Of a stretch of 41,448 bases of DNA, positions 26,463 to 33,261 are shown piece by piece. Within the stretch, counting starts at the first letter, position 1. The number at the start of each line of letters is the position of its first letter. This DNA is from a virus. The translations under genes were made by a program, and so were the position numbers. A model generated the notes under the pieces. The model worked only from the letters and a program-made list of their open reading frames with translations, was not told the origin of the DNA and did no database searches. The stretch lies in UHGV virus genome UHGV-0135480; one strand, written 5' to 3'.

Positions 26463-26719
26463 TTTGTAAATCCTTTCTTAATAAACCAGTTGATAACATT
26501 CTTCACAGCTTTACTACGATGGTAGATAAAATGTGGAGAGGGTTGGTATGAACCATAAGCCCAGAAAGCGATAATTTCATTACACCCTGTGCATCGGGTA
26601 CTTTCTTCAGCAATATGACCGTTGACTATTTCACTTACCTCACCTTGTAAGTCTGTACACCCGCAATGTGGACAACGGATAGGTGTTCCATCAGACTCAT
26701 AGCAGTGTTCAATTTTCAT
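26459..26719 (-). CDS. small Cys-rich (zinc-ribbon-like) protein
   Basis: 86 aa with CPHCGC and CTGC pairs; stop overlaps the DHFR start (ATGA-type overlap). Confidence 0.45.
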   Translation of the reverse strand: MKIEHCYESDGTPIRCPHCGCTDLQGEVSEIVNGHIAEESTRCTGCNEIIAFWAYGSYQPSPHFIYHRSKAVKNVINWFIKKGFTK

Positions 26720-27235
26720 CTATTTAACCTCAAAAACTGGTTCAAGAACCAATATAAAGTCTACACAGTCATCTTCTTCATCCAGAATACCATCAAAGTT
26801 CTTAGGTACAAAGTCGAAGAGGCTCATAGAATATCGGTCAGAAGTAACCCTGATAGTGTTCCCTATATTCTCTACAGTTAATATTGTACGGCTTTCTGTT
26901 ACCTCACTTAGAAGATTACTCACAAAGTCATCTAAGAAGTGTTTCATCAGTGACTTGAAGCCTTTAGGGTAATCTGTACCAGAGTATGTTTCAATCTGAG
27001 GAACAAGCTTAACATTTATACTAGTCTTTGTTAAGAACGTTTTAGAGAACATGCTATCAGGTAGCTTACAAACAGTCTTTCCAGTACCTTCATGTTCAAT
27101 CTCAACAAAACCAGCTTCGTCGCCACATGTAACTATTTTAAAAGATGCTTCATTCTCATACTGTGAAGCCATAAACTTTTTAAGCATCTCTTTAAGGAAA
27201 TCTGCATGAGCATCTTGTAAGTAGATATCAATCAT
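26720..27235 (-). CDS. hypothetical protein
   Basis: ORF-track start 27241 is TTG; ATG at 27235 has AGGTGA 6 nt upstream. No motif. Confidence 0.45.
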   Translation of the reverse strand: MIDIYLQDAHADFLKEMLKKFMASQYENEASFKIVTCGDEAGFVEIEHEGTGKTVCKLPDSMFSKTFLTKTSINVKLVPQIETYSGTDYPKGFKSLMKHFLDDFVSNLLSEVTESRTILTVENIGNTIRVTSDRYSMSLFDFVPKNFDGILDEEDDCVDFILVLEPVFEVK

Positions 27236-27248
27236 AATCAATCACCTA

Positions 27249-27608
27249 TTATGGGAACAGACACTTAATGTCGTCGTTTTTGAAAACGAAACTTGTGTAG
27301 TTGTGACCATCAACATCTAGCCAAACAGCCTGAACATCTACACCATCAAGGTTGTGGTAAAGCTCTTTGATGAAGTGGTCTTTTACAATCTGACTGCTAG
27401 TTGTTTCCAACTTAATGTTCGAGATTGCTGAACCTACAGCCATATAGCCCATGACACGTTTCTTCTCAGTATGCTTAATCTTACCATCTTTGTAAGCCAT
27501 AATGAGATTGGAAAGAATTTTTACACCATAATACTTTTCAAGGTGAGTAGGTACACCATAAAAGCCTAATGCGAAGTTTTCAGAGTGGATAATGTTTTCA
27601 CGTTTCAT
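27249..27608 (-). CDS. hypothetical protein
   Basis: 119 aa, ATG start at 27608; no motif. Confidence 0.45.
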   Translation of the reverse strand: MKRENIIHSENFALGFYGVPTHLEKYYGVKILSNLIMAYKDGKIKHTEKKRVMGYMAVGSAISNIKLETTSSQIVKDHFIKELYHNLDGVDVQAVWLDVDGHNYTSFVFKNDDIKCLFP

Positions 27609-27609
27609 A

Positions 27610-27909
27610 TTAATCTGCCAACCTTAAATTAAAATTAACACCAAATTTTTCACATACTTCCAACATATACTCAAGAGAGACATTCCCAGTGAGGTGGATT
27701 ATGTTGGATACACGAGCCTGAGAGATACCACAAATTTTAGCAACTTGCTCTTGAGAAAGACCTCTGGACTTAATCTCTCTCTTAAAACGATGTGCAACAA
27801 AGTCTCTCATTTCGTCTACATCCATTGGACAAATATAACTCTCCATTTCAGCCTCTCTATCAGCCTCCCAATCATCTTGTGGAGCATAAGGGTCAAAAAC
27901 CTCATTCAT
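27610..27909 (-). CDS. XRE-family helix-turn-helix transcriptional regulator
   Basis: C-terminal HTH LSQEQVAKICGISQARVSNI; ORF-track start 27939 is TTG, ATG at 27909. Confidence 0.6.
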   Translation of the reverse strand: MNEVFDPYAPQDDWEADREAEMESYICPMDVDEMRDFVAHRFKREIKSRGLSQEQVAKICGISQARVSNIIHLTGNVSLEYMLEVCEKFGVNFNLRLAD

Positions 27910-28114
27910 CTTTCTTCTTCCGTTTGCGTGAAGTGTCAATCAATGAATCTATGTTTGTAGCTCTAACCTTTTCACGTTCATCGTTAAGATAATCATCAAG
28001 AGCCTTTTCAATCTGTGAATTATCTTGACAGATAACTGTAAAGACTGTAAAGCCGTCTGTATCGTCAATTATCTTACCATAACCGCTTCTGGGATGTACT
28101 TTTTAAGAGCCATA

Positions 28115-28498
28115 TCAAATACCTGTGCAGCTTCTGTTTTCTAAGAAATACTCAACACCATACATAGCTTTTTGCATCAAATCTTCTTTAAACTGGATAC
28201 GGTGGTTGAGCATCGCCTGTACATCAATATCGTCATGGTGTTTCTCTTTAATGTTTGCAGATTGCAGGAAATACTCTGCAAGAACACGATACTGATAGTC
28301 AGTTACCTTATCAGTCATCTCTGTTAAAGACTCTTCAGAGATTGGTTTAAGTAACTCACCATTAGCTAGAGCAACACCTTTAACAATCTGGCAAGTGTCT
28401 TCTGGAACACCTGATAAGTCCACATTTGGAAGTTCTGTTGCATTGACTGGTAAATTCATTGCCATAACCATTGCAGCAGCTAATAAAATCTTTTTCAT
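28115..28498 (-). CDS. secreted/periplasmic protein with N-terminal signal peptide
   Basis: 127 aa; N-terminus MKKILLAAAMVMAMNLPVNA followed by TE is a classic Sec signal peptide. Function unknown. Confidence 0.5.
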   Translation of the reverse strand: MKKILLAAAMVMAMNLPVNATELPNVDLSGVPEDTCQIVKGVALANGELLKPISEESLTEMTDKVTDYQYRVLAEYFLQSANIKEKHHDDIDVQAMLNHRIQFKEDLMQKAMYGVEYFLENRSCTGI

Positions 28499-28542
28499 AA
28501 TGACCTCAAAGTTATATTAAATTTTGTATTACATTGAGTATA

Positions 28543-28571
28543 AAAATAAGCTATAACACCTGACTTGTCAA
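28543..28571 (-). promoter_or_regulatory. candidate sigma70-like promoter for the secreted-protein operon (TTGACA-N17-TATTTT on the - strand)
   Basis: Reverse-strand TTGACA at 28571..28566 and TATTTT at 28548..28543, about 45 nt upstream of the ATG at 28498. The -10 is weak. Confidence 0.35.
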
Positions 28572-28626
28572 CAGATTTTATAGCTTATTTGGCAGATTTT
28601 TTATAAGGCTACTGCCATCCTTCCAA

Positions 28627-28681
28627 ACTATACCAAACCTAACCCCACCTAACCCTACCACACCAGACCTAACCTAACCTT
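28627..28681. repeat. pentanucleotide-periodic tract A1, (ACCNN)x11 on + strand
   Basis: ACC at 28632, 28637 ... 28677 with exact 5-nt spacing (ACCAA ACCTA ACCCC ACCTA ACCCT ACCAC ACCAG ACCTA ACCTA ACCTT). Confidence 0.85.
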
Positions 28682-28682
28682 G

Positions 28683-28751
28683 TTAAAAGACCCTCTTAAA
28701 GACCTTTTAAAAAGGTAAGTCTCATTTTAATGTAGCTGAGACTAACTACCC
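28683..28751. repeat. conserved 69-bp module, copy 1: 33-bp box plus 7-bp-stem hairpin
   Basis: Box ttaaaagaccctcttaaagaccttttaaaaagg (28683-28715), hairpin agtctca-12 nt-tgagact (28718-28743), then aactaccc. Identical to 30094-30162. Confidence 0.85.
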
Positions 28752-28753
28752 AT

Positions 28754-28813
28754 ACCAGACCCTACCTTACCAAACCAGACCTCACCCTACCCCACCATAC
28801 CGTATACTACCTC
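28754..28813. repeat. pentanucleotide-periodic tract A2, (ACCNN)x12
   Basis: ACC at 28754 + 5k for k = 0-11, with one degenerate unit (ATA at 28804). Confidence 0.85.
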
Positions 28814-28814
28814 A

Positions 28815-28863
28815 TTAAAAGACCCTCTTAAAGACCTTTTAAAAAGGAGCCTCCGAAGAGGCT
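28815..28863 (-). terminator. 33-bp box copy 2 plus GC hairpin with UUCG-type loop: intrinsic terminator for the - strand gene ending at 28875
   Basis: On the - strand, hairpin agcctc-ttcg-gaggct (28863..28848) is followed by CC TTTTT from the box complement. Box 28815-28847 is identical to copies 1 and 3. Confidence 0.55.
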
Positions 28864-28874
28864 ACCTAGTCAAC

Positions 28875-29315
28875 TTAGAAAGGTTTTCTGCGTTGCTTGT
28901 TAATGTTAGCTTTCATAGCAGCTAAGTGGTTTTGCTGTTCAATTAGTCGTGAACGTTCTTGGTGGCTAAGTGCCATAGTGTTCACATTCTCAATTGCTTG
29001 AGTAGCTTGCTTTAAAGCACGACCAATTTTACCAGACATTTTACGTTTTGCAATAGTTGCTTGATGCTTAGGTTCAACCACACGATAACCAACACCCATT
29101 GAAGCAACCAGATAAATCTTCTCTTCTTTAAGAAGCTTCTCAATAAACTTCTCAAGTCGGTTTAGACGTGTAAGCGCATAAGCCTTCATTTCATCTTCGT
29201 ACTTAACAATGTCACCTTGATAAGTTGGCTTCACAATACCTAAGAAGGTGTCCATCTCAGAGTGTGATACAGTGTCACCGTAACTAAACTTTGCTGCTAA
29301 TGCTTTTGTATTCAT
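28875..29315 (-). CDS. hypothetical protein (146 aa), cassette gene 2
   Basis: ATG at 29315, stop at 28875 followed by the hairpin/U-tract; basic helical C-terminus. No motif recognised. Confidence 0.5.
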   Translation of the reverse strand: MNTKALAAKFSYGDTVSHSEMDTFLGIVKPTYQGDIVKYEDEMKAYALTRLNRLEKFIEKLLKEEKIYLVASMGVGYRVVEPKHQATIAKRKMSGKIGRALKQATQAIENVNTMALSHQERSRLIEQQNHLAAMKANINKQRRKPF

Positions 29316-29317
29316 AA

Positions 29318-29923
<606 letters not shown>

Positions 29924-30017
29924 TTAGTTGATTGTTAAGTTGTTTGTAAAGAACCCTCAACAGAAGACTCTTTAGAAACTTGGTAGATTTTTAACGTGGC
30001 TACTACCATCCACCCAT

Positions 30018-30092
30018 ACCATACCGAACCTTACCTTACCAAACCAGACCGCGCCTTACCAAACCAGACCAAACATTACTTTACCCTACCTT
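30018..30092. repeat. pentanucleotide-periodic tract B1, (ACCNN)x15
   Basis: ACC (occasionally GCC/ACA/ACT) at 30018 + 5k for k = 0-14; contains the 17-nt subrepeat ccttaccaaaccagacc also present in tract A2. Confidence 0.85.
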
Positions 30093-30093
30093 A

Positions 30094-30162
30094 TTAAAAG
30101 ACCCTCTTAAAGACCTTTTAAAAAGGTAAGTCTCATTTTAATGTAGCTGAGACTAACTACCC
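30094..30162. repeat. conserved 69-bp module, copy 2 (identical to 28683-28751)
   Basis: Box 30094-30126 and hairpin agtctca...tgagact 30129-30154 plus aactaccc; on the - strand the hairpin is followed by TACC TTTTT, so it may act as a terminator or attenuator. Confidence 0.85.
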
Positions 30163-30169
30163 GCACTTT

Positions 30170-30259
30170 ACCGCACCGGACCTTACCGGACCGCACATCA
30201 CCGCACTAAACCAGACATCACATTACCTGACCACACCAAACCAAACATCACATTACTTA
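30170..30259. repeat. pentanucleotide-periodic tract B2, (ACYNN/ACANN)x18
   Basis: AC at 30170 + 5k for k = 0-17 (ACCGC ACCGG ACCTT ACCGG ACCGC ACATC ACCGC ACTAA ACCAG ACATC ACATT ACCTG ACCAC ACCAA ACCAA ACATC ACATT ACTTA). Confidence 0.85.
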
Positions 30260-30289
30260 AAAACCCTCTTAGAAGACTCTTAAGTGATG

Positions 30290-30331
30290 TTGGTGAGTAC
30301 CCGTTGGTTTATGCTGCTCAGTATACTCACC
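30290..30331. other. long hairpin (about 10-bp stem, 22-nt loop) just downstream of the ligase gene, preceded by a degenerate box copy (30257-30284)
   Basis: ttggtgagta (30290-30299) pairs with tactcaccaa (30322-30331); the degenerate box ttaaaaaccctcttagaagactcttaag lies just 5'. Confidence 0.5.
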
Positions 30332-30347
30332 AAATTTTCTATGTCAA
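30320..30347 (-). promoter_or_regulatory. sigma70-like promoter on the - strand (TTGACA-N16-TATACT) reading into repeat region B
   Basis: Reverse-strand TTGACA at 30347..30342 and TATACT at 30325..30320; located between the ligase stop and the repeat region. Confidence 0.45.
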
Positions 30348-30353
30348 CAACTT

Positions 30354-31454
30354 TTATTCATAATCTCGAATAACTAACCCAACAGGGAACTGTAAAGAAC
30401 CCTTACGAGTCATCTTCTGGAACTGTACCGTTAAGGGCTTCCCGATAAACTCTTCAGGATGTTCAGCAAGATACTGTTTCTTCTCGTGTGTAGTTTTCCA
30501 TGAAACATCTACAAAGACGTTAGGAAGAGTCTCTACAACGAACTTGCCATGACCACGTTTGTCAGTCTTTACACCAGTCACTTTAAATTCTTCAGTGTGC
30601 ATCTTCTTGTGCTTAATCAAGAAGTATGAACGGTGACCACACTCATAGAAGGAGTCTTCAGAGATTGAACGGTACATTGCACCTTCAAACTTAGCTTCAA
30701 CCCACTTATCATGGGCTTCATCAAACTCTTCCCAAGAATTTACACGACGAGACTTAACAGGAACAACTTTACAGCCATCTCTAAAGTCATTCAATGGTGA
30801 AGTCTCAATAATATCTCTACGCTCAGGCCACGTCTTAGTGCTGTCACAGATATCGTACCAGTAGAACTGGAGTAGATGTCGGTCTGGATTGTCAGCATTC
30901 TTAATCATAGACACAATATCTTCTAAGTCCCAACCATGAGCATAAATCTCACCATCAAAGTCTTCTACTTGTGGATGCAATTTAAGCAACAAAAGCAAAT
31001 CTGGGGTTAGTTCTGCTGGGACGTTGTAAATAGTATTCTCACGAGAATAAGCCGTGAAGCTAACTAAATCAGCATCTCTTGAGATTCTACAACGGACACC
31101 ATCAAGTTTTGGTTGAGCATCAGCAGGGAACTTCAGATACTTTGCATGACTAACCTTTGCAGCATCATGAGCAAGCTGTACACCTACCTTCTCAGTATTC
31201 TGTGCAGACTCTTTTGTGTAAGCATAGCCTTTACGGTCAACTTGCTTTTTATACTTAGCAGCAACTTCAAAGAGAGCTTGCTGTTCAGCATTACGCTCAT
31301 TCTTTTTACCGATGTTTTTAGGTTCTGCTGTATACTCTTCAAACATCATCTTGCCATTTTCTTTACCGTAGGTTGTAATAACTTTGTCACCTACAGCAAC
31401 GCATGACCAGACGTTAAAAGAGCCATCTTTATTTTGTTTGTACAGAATTGTCAT
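30354..31454 (-). CDS. ATP-dependent DNA ligase
   Basis: Adenylation motif KLDGVRC (K-x-D-G), size about 366 aa; ATG at 31454 has AGAGG upstream (ORF-track start 31490 is another in-frame ATG). N-terminal region of about 95 aa precedes the catalytic motif. Confidence 0.75.
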   Translation of the reverse strand: MTILYKQNKDGSFNVWSCVAVGDKVITTYGKENGKMMFEEYTAEPKNIGKKNERNAEQQALFEVAAKYKKQVDRKGYAYTKESAQNTEKVGVQLAHDAAKVSHAKYLKFPADAQPKLDGVRCRISRDADLVSFTAYSRENTIYNVPAELTPDLLLLLKLHPQVEDFDGEIYAHGWDLEDIVSMIKNADNPDRHLLQFYWYDICDSTKTWPERRDIIETSPLNDFRDGCKVVPVKSRRVNSWEEFDEAHDKWVEAKFEGAMYRSISEDSFYECGHRSYFLIKHKKMHTEEFKVTGVKTDKRGHGKFVVETLPNVFVDVSWKTTHEKKQYLAEHPEEFIGKPLTVQFQKMTRKGSLQFPVGLVIRDYE

Positions 31455-31647
31455 TTTTAACCTCTGAGTGATACCAAGTGTAACAAGCATTACATGCGTA
31501 AAGCTCTAAGTCATTTTTATCTGGTTTATGGAAACAGTTTGACCCACAACGACACCGGAATAGTTTACCATCAACACGAAGAATGAATGTTTCAAGCTCA
31601 CCATCTTCTGTAAGAACTGCGTTCTTAAATTTATCTTCTACAGTCAT
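31429..31647 (-). CDS. small Cys-rich zinc-ribbon-like protein
   Basis: 72 aa with CRCGSNCFH and CNACYTWYH; 3' end overlaps the ligase start. Confidence 0.45.
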   Translation of the reverse strand: MTVEDKFKNAVLTEDGELETFILRVDGKLFRCRCGSNCFHKPDKNDLELYACNACYTWYHSEVKNDNSVQTK

Positions 31648-31850
31648 TTTCTCTTACCACCAATCTCTACGTCAATCACTTGAACATCACCAGCAACATC
31701 AAACTTATGAATGATGCTTTCCACAGTGTAAGTCCAACCCTCGATTCGAACCAACTCACCTTCTCGTGGGACGATTGGGTTACGTTGAGCTACGGTTGTA
31801 GTGGAGTGAACAACATCATAACAGTAGATATAGTTTACTAGGACTTCCAT
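31644..31850 (-). CDS. hypothetical small protein
   Basis: ORF track extends to a TTG at 31949; ATG at 31850 has GTGAGG upstream and avoids overlap with the lipoprotein gene. Confidence 0.4.
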   Translation of the reverse strand: MEVLVNYIYCYDVVHSTTTVAQRNPIVPREGELVRIEGWTYTVESIIHKFDVAGDVQVIDVEIGGKRK

Positions 31851-31860
31851 CTTGAAAACC

Positions 31861-32118
31861 TCACTCAATAACAGTAGTGTGAGATTGACCATTTTTGCCA
31901 TATCTATAAGATGTTGTTGTTTGAGAGTTGTGGCATCTGACAACAACAATATCCCTGCTTATAGCATCACCATTGAGTTTGTAGATTTTGCAGTCTTGCA
32001 TCTCTGGAGGGAGGCTGTAAGAGGCATCTTTGTTTTCATAAGATGGGTTACAGCCAGCCAGAAAAATTACTACAAGTGCAACCATTACTTTCACACAACT
32101 CTTAACCTTATTGTTCAC
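31861..32118 (-). CDS. small lipoprotein (lipobox LAGC), candidate superinfection-exclusion or envelope protein
   Basis: GTG start with GAGAGG RBS; N-terminus MNNKVKSCVKVMVALVVIFLAGC is a lipoprotein signal peptide; mature part about 63 aa with 2 Cys. Confidence 0.55.
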   Translation of the reverse strand: MNNKVKSCVKVMVALVVIFLAGCNPSYENKDASYSLPPEMQDCKIYKLNGDAISRDIVVVRCHNSQTTTSYRYGKNGQSHTTVIE

Positions 32119-32250
32119 GATAGTCTACCTCTCTGTATGTTTTTAAATAGTGAGTGATGAGTTCTGGTAATTCACTACGTTTAACGTTTGAACGAATAAG
32201 TGTCCAGTCAAAACCTTTACCAACCCTTCCCCAGAGACTGTACATTCTCT

Positions 32251-32469
32251 TCATAGCAACTCCAGAATATCAATACGCTCACCTTTGAGTACTCCAGTAC
32301 GGTCTTTTGCAATCTTACCTTCAACAATAAGAATGTGTGCAGACCTTAAAGTGTCGCTGTTAAAGGTTTTTACGAACCTACTAGGCATGACTACAATGCA
32401 CATCTCCTGAATCAGCTCTGGAGTATAGCAGTTATCATGAAGTTGCTGAATAACGTCTGCAAGTGTCAT
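32251..32469 (-). CDS. hypothetical small protein
   Basis: ATG at 32469 overlaps the upstream stop (ATGA); ORF-track start is TTG at 32484. Confidence 0.4.
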   Translation of the reverse strand: MTLADVIQQLHDNCYTPELIQEMCIVVMPSRFVKTFNSDTLRSAHILIVEGKIAKDRTGVLKGERIDILELL

Positions 32470-32675
32470 TTTTGATGTCTCCAATATTCAATATCTACAA
32501 GTTCTTGTGCAATGCTTTTAAGGTTACTTTTAAGGAAAACTTTCTCACCACCAGACAGGGAAGTATTATCAATGAGTCTGTTCATTCTCTCAAACAACTT
32601 CTGCTTACGATTCTTGATAGTCTCCTTTGAAGCACCTTTCATCATTGCTGCATGGGTTCTTCCACGGTGGCTCAT
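32466..32675 (-). CDS. hypothetical small basic protein
   Basis: 69 aa, ATG at 32675 with strong AGGAGG RBS. Confidence 0.45.
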   Translation of the reverse strand: MSHRGRTHAAMMKGASKETIKNRKQKLFERMNRLIDNTSLSGGEKVFLKSNLKSIAQELVDIEYWRHQK

Positions 32676-32726
32676 AAGTCCTCCTATATAAGATATTGTA
32701 TAAGGTACTCTTCCATGAGCACCTTG

Positions 32727-33251
32727 TCAACTTAGTTTTGCAAATTCTCCGTGGAGTTTAATAGCAGCTTCACAGTAAGCTTTATGGGCTTCTTCTGGTG
32801 TGTCAAACATACCAAGATGATAGTTTTTACCTTGTAAACGTATCATTGCTCGAAACCTTTTACTTATCTTCTGTACACCTTTTGGCAACCAAGATGGGGA
32901 CTTTCTTGACCGATTGCAAGAGTTTTGTGAAGCTGTACAAACCCTTAAATTCAAGTACCTATTGTCCCAACCGTCCCCATTCTTATGGTCAACCTGTAAG
33001 GTTTTATCAGGTAGGTAACCATCCACATATAGTATTGCTAGACGGTTAGCTTGGTAGCCTTTACCATCAAGCAATAACTGAACAGACTTGTGACCATCTG
33101 TGTTTACCCTATAATTTCCTGCCTTTTTACCTCCAAAACGAGAGTTGAAGTTCTTATTGCCTCGTGATACCGGCTCTCTAAACTTCCAAGTAAAGACCCC
33201 TGTTTCGGGGTCGTAGTCCAATAGCTCCTTAAGACGAATTTCTGTAATCAT
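32727..33251 (-). CDS. HNH homing endonuclease with C-terminal AP2-like DNA-binding domain
   Basis: N-terminal LKELLDYDPETGVFTW motif, HNH core VDHKNGDGWDNRYLNLRVCTASQN, C-terminal AP2-like segment; ATG at 33251 (ORF-track TTG at 33290 would overlap the polymerase). Confidence 0.8.
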   Translation of the reverse strand: MITEIRLKELLDYDPETGVFTWKFREPVSRGNKNFNSRFGGKKAGNYRVNTDGHKSVQLLLDGKGYQANRLAILYVDGYLPDKTLQVDHKNGDGWDNRYLNLRVCTASQNSCNRSRKSPSWLPKGVQKISKRFRAMIRLQGKNYHLGMFDTPEEAHKAYCEAAIKLHGEFAKLS

Positions 33252-33261
33252 TTCAACACCA

